Assembly: GCA_964016885.1 (NCBI GenBank)
Contig: OZ024740.1
Coordinates: 306,218,001-306,282,000, forward strand
Direction: 5' to 3'
Source of the DNA: Eledone cirrhosa
Taxonomy: Eukaryota
DNA: 64,000 bases
Positions 1-16,807 of the stretch are shown here, in pieces. A program made the translations under genes and the position numbers. Each line of letters opens with the position of its first letter. Positions within the stretch are counted from its first letter, which is position 1. The notes beneath the pieces are model-generated. The model did no database searches. It was not told the DNA's origin and was given only the letters and a program-made list of their open reading frames with translations.

Positions 1-4390
<4,390 letters not shown>

Positions 4391-5526
4391 GTAACAAGAG
4401 TAATTGAATGAAAGATCAGAATGCTAAAGTTATGCCAAGAATGTTCAAGCTTGATGTGTTTCTACAATCCGCAAATAGAATGAACAGATCCACACAAGGA
4501 CAGAGAGCATTTAAATGATAAATTCAAAAGTTGTAAGATGCCGACCCCCACCCTGTCTGGAAAATCTGTAGCCCTGCTTCAGTACTGATTTGGTTTATAA
4601 AGACCCCATCCAACTCTTTCTAGCAGGGAAAGCAGATGTTAACCGGTGATGATATATAAATTATTATACATAAATAATTAACTAACCATGTTGCTATGAT
4701 ATCACATACTATCAGGTCTTGAACTTAAATCTCTCCTAGAAGCCGGTTGTACATTTCCCCAAGCAGTGTCTGGTTTTATTAGGTAGAGTAAGACAGACAG
4801 GGAATGCATGTCTGCAGCCATGCTATAACAGTCCAATCTATTTATAAATGATCAAACAATGCTCTGATGGTGGTACATAGTAAAGATTGGCAAAGTGAAC
4901 TTGAGTGATGCATGGGTACTCTTGTTTAGTAAGGGCAGACTGAAGATGGTTGCATAACTAGCATATCATTTTTAAGTCCAGTGTAGAAATCAATGTTGTA
5001 GCTATTTAGGCTTGTGTATTTGTTTGGCTCACAAAGCACAGACTGATGATGAACTATGAAAAAGATCTGTCTAGGTTCACAGATAACTAGTTGCTATATA
5101 TACTATTAGGAGCAAGATAATTTATGGAAACTTGGATACATACATATTGTTGGAACAAGTATTTTTACAGCTGGGTGACATTCCAACCACTAACCACTTA
5201 AGACCAAGTATCTCTATTCTATTGTGTAGGAGAGAGAGGGATGGATAGATGGAGGGGAAGAGTGTAAGAGAGGGGGGGGTACATATATAGAGAGAGGGAG
5301 GAAGAGATAGATAGATATATATATAGAGAGAGAGACTGCTTTGGGTTACTGACTGACTGGAAAAGCTATACAGGAAGGAAATAATTTCATCCAATCATTT
5401 TACAACATTAAACCAGGTGAGTGGAGTTATTTGGAAAAAAATGTAAACTAGGTAGGTTACTCAGTAATTTATCATTTGGCTATGTTACTTGATATCAATG
5501 TTTACAGCATACCACTTATATGAATG

Positions 5527-5713
5527 TATGGAGAGTACACACACACACACACACACATACAGGTAAATGGATGGAGAGACAGATTGCTATGTAGATAGAG
5601 AGGTGATAGAATGGAGTAGAGAGAGAGAAGAGAGTGAGAGAGAGAAATAAAGAAATTAATAAAGGATTTAATATGATAGAAGAGAAACATATATAGAGAA
5701 AGTGTGCAGTATG

Positions 5714-5772
<59 letters not shown>

Positions 5773-5787
5773 GGGTGAATGTGTGTG

Positions 5788-5818
<31 letters not shown>
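5527..5818. repeat. Cluster of (CA)n, (GA)n and (TA)n microsatellites
   Basis: Directly visible dinucleotide runs. Confidence 0.9.
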
Positions 5819-6000
5819 CATCATTCATCATCATTTCCATTTAGCGTCAATTCTTCCATGCTTGTATGGGTTAGACAAGTTGTCAATGCTGGGAGGCAAA
5901 TCTGGCCATGGTTGGCCATGTCATACCTTGCTCCAATGAGGACTATAAATTTGGCTGGGTATTTTACAGCAGGGTGCCCTTCCTAGCACCAACCACATTT
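5819..6000 (-). mobile_element. Degraded RTE-type LINE 3' end
   Basis: (CAT)n tail, ttccatgcttgtatgggttagac and gtgcccttcctagcaccaaccac, matching the other RTE 3'-end copies in the window. Confidence 0.75.
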
Positions 6001-6257
6001 ACATATCATTGTAGGTTCAATTTCCATGCTGCAATATAGGTTGAACGGATTGCTACAGTCTGAATGGTTCTTATTTGGTGTTTCCATCTTCCTAGATGTA
6101 TCAGAGCACATCTTACATAATTTCTATGGCTGGATACCCTCATCCAACTAATGCCAACTGAGTGTGCTGGGTGCATTTTATTGTGGTATCAACACTAGTG
6201 AGTTAGTCTTGCATCATAAGACTAAAGCACACTTACTACTCAACATTCTCCTTTCCT

Positions 6258-6471
6258 TTAATCCTTTAACCTTTACATTACTCTATATTTGCTATTGTAT
6301 TTTCACAGTAAACACTTTATTTCACATAATTAACCCACATAATATTGAATCTACAAGATTGTTATGTATTTTGAGAACAATACTTTAACATAAGTATGAG
6401 CAGCCAGTTTGAACAGAAAGAAGTGAGAGAACTCTGGCCAGATGCAGCTGGTTTAAATGCTAATGGGTCAA
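6258..6471. mobile_element. piggyBac-type MITE, family 1 (about 215 bp, degraded)
   Basis: Ends ttaatcctttaac...aatgctaatgggtcaa. The interior matches the copies at 36155 and 38638. Confidence 0.75.
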
Positions 6472-6599
6472 GGCAACATGCACAGTAGGGTGAATAAGAG
6501 CAGATGCAATAACAGAGGAAGTAGGTTGTGTAGGAGAAAAGAGTGAAAATATGATTGAAGAGACAGTACTTGGGAGTGCAGCAGTGGCAGTGATACTGT

Positions 6600-6908
6600 C
6601 AGTTACAACGATGAGTATTCCTCTTGATATGATCAACGGAACAGCCTGCTTGTTAAATTAACATGTAAGTGGCTGAGTATTCCACAAACATGCGTACCCT
6701 TAACATAGTTCTCAGGGAGATTCAGCAGGACACAGAATAACAAGGCTGACCCTTCAAATTACAGGTAAAAATTCATTTTTGCCAACCGAGTGGACTGGAG
6801 CAATGTGAAATAAAGTGTCATGCTCAAGGACAATGTGTCACCTGGAATCGAACTCACAACCTTACGATTGTGAGCCAAACACCCTAACCACAAAGCCATG
6901 TACCTTCA
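6600..6908 (-). mobile_element. tRNA-derived SINE (family C)
   Basis: The - strand head has an A box (tggctttgtggtt) and a B box (gagttcgattcc). A body fragment recurs at about 17735-17840 and a head-proximal fragment at about 10685-10770. Confidence 0.85.
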
Positions 6909-7147
6909 AGCTTGGGTGTAACAGAGTAGATATTAAAGGTCATGGAGTAATAGAAGCAGAAGGTATAGGATGGGAGAAACAGAGTATGGAAGAGGGGAGC
7001 AATGTAAGAGAATGTGATGACAACTGCATGGTTGCTGGAGAGAGAGATGAAGGGTAACATGAGAGTGGTCTGGTGAAGAGGCTGTACAATGGCAGAGGTA
7101 CATGAAGTAAAAAGTTTGGTGGTGGTATGTGAGGACACCCTTACCAC

Positions 7148-7400
7148 ACATGGCCTAGTGGTAAGTGTGTTGGACTTATGATAATATTGTGGGTTCTATT
7201 CCAGGACTGAGTTGCCTGTTGTGTTCTTGAACAAAACACTTCATTTTGTGTTGCTCCTGTATATTCAGCTGAAAATGTGTACTGGCAACAGCTGGGTGTT
7301 TAACCCTGCAATGGACTGGCATCTTGTCCAAGGGGGAGTCTTGCGCTCTCAGTCATTTCATACCACAGAAACCAGGATAAGCACCAGGCTGGGGAGTCTC
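7148..7400 (+). mobile_element. tRNA-derived SINE (family E) with conserved central domain
   Basis: A box tggcctagtggt, B box gggttctattcc, core aaccctgcaatggactggcatcttgtccaagggg. Homologous to the - strand copy at 12420-12657. Confidence 0.8.
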
Positions 7401-8044
7401 CAAATACCAGACAGACTTTAGACAGAAAGACATGCCAGAGAAAGACCCCCACTTCACATTATTTAGATAACATGGTACAGTGAATAGGAGAAATGGTTCA
7501 TCATAGAGATCAGTAGCAGAGAGATGAAAGGTTTCAAAGGGGTGAGGGACTGCAAGTGGAAACTTATGTAGATATGTTATACTTCTCAGCTTCCATATAT
7601 TAGAATAAAATAGATATATTTTTCACCCCCTGCCAAAGTTTAGTTTCTACAAGATAAAACACATATTAAGCTTGTAAATGTATCATTGATTAGAGCATGA
7701 GAGAAATGTTTGTTTGAAATATTCTGTTTATATGCAGTGTGAAAAGGGATAAATAAACATTTTCATAGAATTTGCACAGAAATTTATTTTTTTATGTATT
7801 TAACAAATATTTACAGAAACGGCTCCAAATTAAGTATTTAAATTATGTACACATAATTGTGAAGTATTTTAAATACAGAGAATATTTCTCTGAAATTTAA
7901 TCCTTTGACTCTTGCCATGAGTGTGGTCCCGAACACATGCAAATCGTTGGAGAAAAAAACATTCGATAAGAAACTTCACAGCAATGCCTTACTGAAGAAC
8001 TCAAGCTAAAGCAATGATGTAAAACAATCACAGATTGTGCAGAA

Positions 8045-8560
8045 TGTGGCACTCTGTCAAAGGCCTTTTCCAGATCAACAGAAGCTAAATATAGTGGCTT
8101 ATTCTTGGCTAGGAACTTCTCCTGTAGTTGTCTCACTAGGAAGAGGGCATTTGTAGTATTTCTCCCAGGCACAAACCAAACTACATCTCATCTTTCCTTA
8201 ATTAGCTTCACAAGAACTCTTTCTATCACTTTCATAACTTGGTTCATTAGCTTAATTCCTCTGTTGCTCCTTTCTAGAACCTCACCTTTACCTTTCTAAC
8301 AATCAATGATTATACTGCTGCACCACTCATTGGGTATGACTGTCCTATATTACCTGTTTGACTATGCAGGTTACTAGTTCGGCTCCCACTTTTCCTGATG
8401 CTTTTAGTATCTTGGCAACCAACTCTGATGGTTCTGCAACTTTACCATTCTTCATGTCCTTGATTTCTTCTTTGACCCCATAACTATTGATTTCAATAGC
8501 TGGCCTCTCTGTTCATCAGCCTCTCATAATACTATTTCCAAGCCTCTTTCTTTTGGGCCA
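8045..8560 (-). mobile_element. RTE-clade LINE reverse transcriptase fragment, decayed
   Basis: Translates PGRNTTNALFLVRQLQEKFLAKNKPLYLASVDLEKAFDRVP, a typical RTE RT motif. Upstream segments carry stops and frameshifts. Confidence 0.93.
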
Positions 8561-8859
8561 TCATATATATATATATAGGTTAATTTTAGGTTTGATATAT
8601 GCTTGTATATCGTTTACAAATATATATATATATGAGAGAGAAGAGGGGGAATGAGAGAGAAGAGGGGAATGAGAGAGGAGCAAACAGAGACATAGATGGA
8701 ATATTTCTACATAATAGATTTTTATGGTTATCAGATTATTAGGTTTTTTTTTTGTTGTTTTTTTTTTATTATACACACACACACACACACATATATATAT
8801 ACACACACATATATATATACACACACATATATATATAACAGGAAAGCATCATTTCCTGT

Positions 8860-9175
8860 TTACCACAATAATGTCAACAGCTTAGACAGTTGTGCTTAAC
8901 AGGACTGCACTACAATTGTCAAACAAGAGTCAAAATGCCAAGATAATGTTCAGAACATTAGTGAGAACATCATCAACAAGAAGTGACAGGTCAACAAAGG
9001 CAAGCCTATCTTCATGAAAATTACTAGAGGTCAGCTCAGTTGAAGTTCTTTGTGTTAAATCTACTTGCACTAATGTCCAGGTAAAAAAATACACTATTAA
9101 AAAGTGTTGCCTTATTCATAATATATCAGTAGAGAAACTGTCAAGCAACAAGCAAAATACCTATTATTTGTTTAC
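8860..9175 (+). mobile_element. Possible highly decayed Penelope-like GIY-YIG endonuclease remnant
   Basis: Only fragmentary resemblance (e.g. aacattagtgagaacatcatc, similar to RISEH). No intact ORF. Confidence 0.25.
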
Positions 9176-10585
9176 ACAATTTCAGATTCTCAGTTCAAAT
9201 CCCATCAAGGTTGACTGTCCTTCTTGGATTGATAAAATAAAGTGTCAATCAAACTCATTTTTTCCTTTTTCTTAACCCATAACTTCTAAGGGAGTTGTAG
9301 GGGTGCCATATTGACATATGGCATTTTTAGGACATTTTTTTAATCTGGCAGAGCCCATCTCCTCTCCTGGTTTGAATTCAGCAGATATCTTCCAGAGAAG
9401 AATAGAGAGAGAGAGAATAGAAGTTAGAAAGAGATATAGAGGAAGAATCGACCCCAGTACTTGAATGGTACATTTTTTATTGTCCATAAATGGATGATAG
9501 GCAAAGTTGACCCCGGATTTATATATATAAACTCTCATTGATTTAATGAACTATACACATTATCCCCATATGTTTTTTTTAAAGGTCTTATTTGGTCTTT
9601 TTGACTAATTTAGAAATCAATATAAGGGCAATCAATGTAACGCAGGACAAAATCCTTTATATTAAATTCAAGTCCCACAGGATTCAAATTTGCTTGTCAC
9701 CTTCAGGGTTGATAAGATAAATACCAGTCATGTATTGGTTGTTTCAATCAATTATACTCCACCCCCAACATACACATAAAAATAGTTTGTGTTAATATTA
9801 AAGATTACTTATTTATTGTCTTCTTGGTGGATGTTAAGTCTCCTTACCAGTTTCAATTCCTAAGTGAAATCTCTATATTTCATTCCACTAATGCCTCTAA
9901 AAACATGAACATTATATATTCTATTTTTTCTTTTTTTCTGTAATGTTAAGTGAATCTGTCAAATACCATGGACATCTTTTAGAGTCTGGTGAAACCTATA
10001 AATGCCTTTAATCATCTGGTAAAAGTTACAAACACCTCAGAAAAATGTATATAAATGTTCAACATAAAAACATATAGATCAACAATAGATTATAGAGAAA
10101 CAATAAAGTACTTGAAACAAGCAAATATATTTTGGTTGGAGTGTTTAGGACTATAATCTTATCGGATAATGAAATATAATTTGACAAATATGCTTGGAAT
10201 CTAGAGGCCATAAATTACTTTGTTGCTACATTCATTATTAGATGCATCAATTAAATTTCATTTATGTATTCATGAAAATTAAGGTGTCATTTTTTCTTCT
10301 TCAAACTATACAGAACTTCTAAAATCTACCCAGAAACTTTCATACGGTTAGGACACCAATCTATAATGGGCAACACTATTAAATAAGGTGGCAAATTGGC
10401 AGGGTCAATAGAGTATAGAAAAATGCTTTGTGGTATTTGTTCCAGCTTTTGAGTTCAAATTCTATTATGGCTAACTTTCCCATGTCACTCTTTATATAAA
10501 ATGAAGTACCAGACCAGGGCAGTAAATTGGTGGCATTGTTAGAGCATTGGTATTTGTTCTGGCGCTTTGCACAATGAGTTCAAAT

Positions 10586-10680
10586 TACTCTCGGGTCTTG
10601 AATAATCACCCCTTTCCCTTATTAATTTTTCAGATGCTTTCCACCCCAACGCTTAATAAATTTTGCTAATCTATCTCTGC
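10586..10680 (+). mobile_element. Partial Tc1/mariner-type MITE (TACTCTC terminus family)
   Basis: Terminus tactctcgggtcttgaataat matches the ends at 40732, 43291 and 55005. Confidence 0.7.
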
Positions 10681-11038
10681 AGCTTAGTGGACCAGGGCAA
10701 TGTGAAATAAGGGGTTTTGCTCAAGGACACAATTTACCACCCAATCACCCTAACCATTAAGCTATGTGCCGTCATACATACATAGACAAACTGACACACA
10801 TATTTCATATCAATTTGCAGTCAACTCAATTACACTGAGCTCAAGATATCTATCATTATCATCTTCAATCCAATGTAATGCCTGAAAGATTTCCTAATGT
10901 TCTGAATTGATGTAAGCTTTATTCCCAATGACTGCCATTAGTATTATTAATTGAGGAGTATTATTAATTACCTTTTTAAACAGATGCTGATTTACCTTGA
11001 GATGGAAACAGGTCTATAATGATTTAAGACATCCAATA

Positions 11039-11211
11039 TACCGTATTTCCCGGCACCGAAGACACTTCGTCCTCGAGGACACACCCTGATTTTGACAAGC
11101 AAAAATTTGAAAAAAAAAAAATCAACAACCTTCGGCCTCCAGGACACATGGTAGATTTTTGAGACTTATTTTAGGAAAAAAGTAGCATTTTCGACGGCAG
11201 GAAATTCGGTA
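11039..11211. mobile_element. Tigger/pogo-like MITE
   Basis: TA-flanked imperfect terminal inverted repeats taccgtatttcccggc ... gcaggaaattcggta. Confidence 0.8.
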
Positions 11212-11382
11212 CTTGCTATTTATTGTTTCAACCTTCTATTTACAATAGTTTTTATTGCTAGCCTAGACAGTATACTGTACAAAAACAATGGAATCAAATT
11301 CATAAAAATATATGACAATCCAAACATTTGTTGAATATCGTTTATCAGCTATTATCTGAGATGTTATAAAAATAGCACTTAC

Positions 11383-11389
11383 TCATCAT
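11383..11389 (-). CDS. Candidate micro first coding exon (ATG ATG A | GTAAGT)
   Basis: Consensus donor directly after a start codon, phase 1, with an Inr-like TCAGT about 50 bp upstream. Could be chance. Confidence 0.2.
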
Positions 11390-11589
11390 TACACACACAC
11401 ACACAAATAACAGATGACAAAAATGAGTATGTAAATAACTGATACTAACACAAAAACAAAGACATTTTATTTTGAAAAGTAATTACATACACATACATAT
11501 ACTCCCCCACACACAAACACACATACCTCTTTCCCATATGCACACATACCCTCCTCCCACACACAGTCTACTATGTACATTCAAAAGAA

Positions 11590-12220
11590 CTACGGTAGGC
11601 CAATTTGACATACCAAATTGACTTGTCATAGCACGTACAAATCTTGTAGCGAAAAACAAAAATACTGAGTTGGGAGAAAACTATAGGCCATTTGCTTATC
11701 TAAGCATTTATGTACAAACTTCACACAAGCTACCTCAACCAATTCCTCAAAGACCATTGTGTCCAGCAATATAGTAACTGGTGAATGGACAGATGGAAAG
11801 AAGGGAGTGTGTAGATATGCCAAACAACTTTTAATTAATAAAGCTATGTTATCTGGAGTAAAAATAATTGTTTCTACATTTGGCACAAGGCCAGCAATTA
11901 ACCAGTGCATTACTGGTACTTTATTTTATCGACCCCGTAAGGATGAAAGGCAAAGTTGACATCGGTAGGAATTGAACTCAGACTGTAAAGGGCTGTAACT
12001 ATGCTGCAAAGCCTTGCGTCCGACCTTCTACCGATACTGTGGAGTAGAAATAATGCTGCTGAAACCTTGTTACAGTATGGCTTGATTACAGAAAAGCATT
12101 TAGTTCAATTCCCCATTCAGGATTGCTAAAGTCACTGCACTTGGCAAAAATATCTGCTGCCTTAGTTTCTGCATTAAGAGACTCACACAAATCTGGTCAA
12201 CAATCCTCACACTTGTAACT
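11590..12220 (+). mobile_element. R4/Dong-like non-LTR retrotransposon RT fragment, split by a SINE
   Basis: Translates ARTNLVAKNKNTELGENYRPFAYL / MYKLHTSYLNQFLKDHC...GKKGVCRYAKQLLINKAML and, after the SINE, NLVTVWLDYRKAFSSIPHSGLLKSLHLAKI. Confidence 0.85.
11869..12039 (-). mobile_element. SINE family A, slightly 5'-truncated, with a 15-bp TSD
   Basis: TSD tggagta(a/g)aaataat at 11854-11868 and 12040-12054. Confidence 0.92.
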
Positions 12221-12254
12221 GAAGGTGAAATAATTGTTTCCTCCTCCCCCTCCT

Positions 12255-12657
12255 TTACCCACTTATTCCTGAGAGGGTTGTGGGAGCAGAGTCCTCAAAC
12301 TCTCCTTCCAGCATGTCCTGTCAGAAGCAACCATTTCCAACTGATTCGGCTGGATCCCTCCAAGACCAGCCAAGCTTAAGGATGTTATCCAAACATCTTG
12401 CTATGGGTCTGTCTCAAGCCAGAAGGCTCGTTAGGCAGGTGCTTATCCCAGTTTTGTGGTGTGAAGTGACTGAGAGTACATGGCTCACCCCGGAGACAGG
12501 ACACCAATCCATCACAGGGTTAAACACCCAGCTATTGCTGTTATTTTCAGCTGAGTACACTAGAGCAACATGAAATGAAGTGTTTTACAAGAACACAACA
12601 CACAACCCAGTCCAAGAATCGAACCCATGACATTATGATCATAAGTCCAACACGCTT
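12255..12657 (-). mobile_element. SINE family E carrying an RTE (Expander/Rex3-like) 3' tail
   Basis: B box gggttcgattct and core shared with the 7148 copy. The 3' ~160 bp is homologous to the LINE end at 21722-21922. Confidence 0.85.
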
Positions 12658-13519
12658 CAAGGGACTATCTCCCAATGCAGCATGATACTGTTGCTAAAAC
12701 AATATATAATGCCATCCCTAAGTCTGTCCTACAATAGATAGAGAGGATGCCCCTATTACTGAATATATACATACATATATTAACATAAAAAATATTGGTG
12801 CAAATATTCTGATAAAAACTTCCACCAAGTGCAAACATTTGTGAGAGAAAAGAAAAGAAAGTTGTCATAGATATCAGCTTCCAAAACCAGTGAAAAAGAT
12901 AATAATTACACACAATTGCCTTGAAACCTTCTGCTTCTGTTGTGTTACCCAGATTATACATTTACACTGACACTGATAATTATTGGTGCACTTTGCTCTG
13001 TTAGTAAATGTCTAAGTGTCAATCTGGGAAAAGCTAAGGTTTTTCACAGAGAAATTGACTAGCTAACATGCACCTTACAAATATAATTTGTAAGAGGAAC
13101 ATATAACAGGGGCCTTAAATATAGAATCTATGAGTGGAAATAAATACACAAAACTTTTCTAAAGAGCAACATGTGACACTCATCATTTTTGTTATCCAAA
13201 TTCCAACAATGAAGCTTTCTTTGTTAGAAACAAACTCCTTCCTTACAGGGTAAATACACACTCAAACATACACATATACACACACCTGCACACGTATATA
13301 TGTGTGTGTGATCGTTTCAGAGAGCACAATTATTTATGTCCACACCAATTGATGGCAATTATGCAACACAATATCATGAGCCTCAAAAACCTATCTACTT
13401 CCTCTTGTCTTATTCTTTCAGTTTTACACACATGCGCACAAAAGGCAAACAGAAATAACAAAGCAAATGGCACAGTACAGTGAAGAAACATATTATTAGT
13501 TTTGTGCTTAATATAATAG

Positions 13520-13575
13520 GAAAGGAGTCTTAACGTTTCGGACCCTAGTCCTTCATCAGAACATTGAAAGAGAAA
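13520..13575 (-). ncRNA. Minimal type I hammerhead-ribozyme-like motif (Penelope-type terminal repeat remnant)
   Basis: The - strand reads CTGATGA-A-GGAC-tagg-GTCC-GAAA-CGTT-A: intact core, 4-bp stem II, palindromic AACGTT stem III. Stem I is weak. Confidence 0.55.
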
Positions 13576-13934
13576 TTAAAGTAGAAATGGAAAGAGAGGC
13601 CAGTGGCAGAAACAAAAATTTATACATTTATTCTTTCAGTCATTAGAATGTATCTAAGGCTGGTATATTATTGATCCCTTTAACTAACCATTAAGTCATG
13701 GGGGACATAAGCAAACACACAAACATGCATATATATATATATATATAGTATATACGGGATACTTTTCTTTTAGGCATGTTGTTAAAGACACAACCAACAT
13801 TTTTTTTATTAGATTTTTTTTTTTTTCTTTTTACATCCTCTCTAGCTTGTGTGGGAACAACAAGATTCCTAAATCCACAATTTAATCAAGATCTTTAGAC
13901 TCTCAGTTTCATTGTCATCTAATCATTTAAGTAG

Positions 13935-14130
13935 CAAACAAACACAGGAAACAAGCGCTATCAAATTCTGGGAGGGTTTGGTAAAAGCGGTAGACAACTT
14001 CTGCTACCTGGGCGAGCAAATTACCAGTGGAGGTGGGTGTTCCGAACGTACAGTAGCCAGAGTGAGGACAGGATGGAAGAAGTTCAGGGAGCTACTACCA
14101 CTGCTAGCTACAAAAGGTTTTTCCCTCAAA
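13935..14130 (+). mobile_element. RTE LINE RT C-terminal fragment
   Basis: VDNFCYLGEQITSGGGCSERTVARVRTGWKKFRELLPLLATKGFSLK. Confidence 0.92.
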
Positions 14131-14259
14131 ATGAGCACAGGCTGAAGCATACATATAGTATTCACCTCCATCCCCACCTCCCATAAGCACAGGCAGAAGC
14201 ATACATCTGGTATGCACCACCTTCACCCCCCCCCCCCCCTCCTTCCATACACCTCACAC

Positions 14260-14811
14260 ATTAGGAAGGGCATCCAGCTGTAGAAACCAAGCTAAAATTA
14301 GTTCTATATGAACAAGACATGGTCACCTTACCTAGTCTATATCACAACAGAACAACTCGTCTATCCTATGCTAGCATGGGGAATGGACGTTAAACGATGA
14401 TGCTTATATGACCCGCCTTACCTAAATACAAAGTAAAACCTACTACAGTCAGTAGGCATCTCTAACAAAATACACCCCCGTCCCACCACCCCCACCCCAT
14501 CCACACCGCCCCTTTCAATGTAAAGTTATGTTGGTGCCACAACATCCAGGCCGAAACAAATGAGATCGTGTAGGTGTCACGTCAAAAAAACAAACAGTTC
14601 ACGCTGTAATGTGGCCGTGTAGGCAACACGGTAAAAACCTCCCAGCCCCACACTGTAAATGTGGTTGGTGTTAGGAAGGGCATCCAGCTGTAGAAAACCC
14701 ACCAGATAGTCCTATGCGAGCAAGATAACCACTCTTGCCTCAAGTGGGAAAACCCCCGTCCAAACCCATGCAAGCGTGGAACACGGACGTTAAACGATGA
14801 TGATGATGATG
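14260..14811 (+). mobile_element. Two tandem RTE 3' ends with (GAT)n tails
   Basis: ttaggaagggcatccagctgtagaaa ... ggacgttaaacgatgatg occurs twice. 14410-14811 is closely similar to 33368-33745. Confidence 0.88.
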
Positions 14812-14964
14812 ACACATTAACTTGAGGATGAAACTAACATTGGCAGGAAGTGTAGTCTCTTGATACTGAAGTACACTCAATATCAAGTGACAAGAACTAA
14901 CACTAGATACCAAAGTATTCCTAAAGGCTAATTGTCTCCCACTGAATCACAGATCATCACCAGA

Positions 14965-15340
14965 TGAACTAAACAGAGGATGTGCAGATGAGCAATAAAT
15001 GACTCCAAAAACAGATTTCTAAGGCAAACTGGAAAGTGTCCTCAAAATAGCAGAAAAAAGGATACAAGGACGACCTAAAATACAATTTAAACATGCAAGG
15101 GATAAATATGAGTAATTGGGAAGAGCTGGAAGTAAAGCAGAATGATTGGAAGCATTCCATTATAAAAGGATGGAACATGTTTGTAACAGGCCAGATTAAA
15201 TATACTGAACAGAAATATGCTGTATTTAAAGGCAGTATTCCAAACCTGCCTGATCTCAAGAACTGGAAGTTTGATACCTGTGGATATCTTCTTTCGAAAG
15301 CAGGCTATATTAATCGCACATATATCCACAATCTACTAGT
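14965..15340 (+). mobile_element. RTE (BovB/RTE-1-like) LINE C-terminal fragment
   Basis: YKDDLKYNLNMQGINMSNWEELEVKQNDWKHSIIKG followed by a decayed zinc-finger-like DTCG..LSKAGYIN. Confidence 0.75.
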
Positions 15341-15719
15341 ACCAATCTCTTACTACTATGCCTGAAAAATAATTCTTGTGTAGTGTGCAGCAAAGTCCAA
15401 ACATGGACTGCAAAGACAAATGGTAAAACACAAGAATTTCACTCCACAGACACACCCACTGTGTTTGACTTGTGATTATACCACATCACATTTGGTTATG
15501 TTTTCACAATCTAAAAGTAGGAGATAACTACAAAATACCTAATGCACAATGAGACCCACAAGATAAGAACATGATGAGCAGCTACCAAAAATGTCATAAA
15601 GGCATTACTCTTCAAAAAAGCATTATTTTGTTACTCTAACAATATACAATGCCACCTGTAGAAAAGCTGCTTTGTATCAATACAAATTGTATCGGAACAC
15701 TACTGGTTGTTAGGGATAA

Positions 15720-16270
15720 AAAAGAAAAGTGATGTAGAGTTATAGAGATCAGTTGTCTTGCAGATGCGAATATGTCCTTCCATGGATTGCATGGCACTTA
15801 TTTACTCTTCTGTCATTCTCCATATGCATCACATTTCAGTACAAGTGCAGTCTTTTCCCTTGCACTCTACATCTAATTCCTTTTATACCAAGTTATTCTC
15901 ATTTATATTCTATTGTTCATGCATGCTAACATTTCACATCCAGCAAAGGATACTTGACTTATTATATTCAAGAATTTACATATCCTCTTCACCCAATGCC
16001 CATGTTTCACTACTATTTAACATCACTAAGCACACAAGCATCAGAGAATGTCTTTTACTTGAGGAGAATACCTTTCTTAACAGCAGAAGTATTAGATCCT
16101 TGAACTATTACCATACTGTTCTTACTCTAGATGCTTTGCTTTCAGAACATCCATGTCCACAGTTAATTAGTTTAGCTAGATAACAAAATCTATCAACTAC
16201 TTCTAGGAAGCCTTCTGAGCATCTGAAGGAATGTATTTCATAAGAGCTATTGCTGCCAATTATTGCATCA
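15720..16270 (-). mobile_element. Decayed RTE LINE RT fragment
   Basis: The - strand reads DRFCYLAKLINCGHGCSESKASRVRTVW...SSETWAL, with stops. Confidence 0.85.
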
Positions 16271-16518
16271 ACTAAATACAAAAATACTTCACATATTTAA
16301 GATGGTGCTATTGTTATGCATTTATACATCCCAGACTATAACTAGACAAAGGCCACTTGATGGTCTGATATGAAATTACTAACAAACACTCAATCTTTAG
16401 GTTACAAATGAGTTATTTCCTCTCTGTTCTTTCTGCTGTTACTAGAACAGCCTCTGTTTCTCAGAACTGGTTAGTCTCTCGTCTCCTAAACTTAGGCAAT
16501 CTCATCACCCATATTATA

Positions 16519-16549
<31 letters not shown>

Positions 16550-16807
16550 ACAGTCACTGCAATAACCACAACACTTAATCCTTTCTTTCCCAGAATGCCA
16601 GGCTACTGGAATTCTCTTCTTGCACATGACTTTCCTACAGTCATCAACTTGTAACTGTTTAAATAGAATAGTGGCATATATCTGCTGGTCACAGAGGACT
16701 GCAAAGGCCGTGAGAACAACCGCTTCCACTGGACAAAACTAATAAAGGGAAAGAGAAAGAGATGATTAAATTGGGTATGAGACCCATTTCTTACCAAATG
16801 TTAAATA

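Noticed and set aside
6237-6246. Another - strand ATG-donor cassette (MLS+A|GTAAGT, phase 1)
   Set aside because: It lies between decayed repeats. It shows that such cassettes can arise by chance, so it was not counted.
12187-12218. Apparent 32-nt - strand exon with AG/GT boundaries
   Set aside because: It is the antisense of the R4/Dong-like RT fragment.
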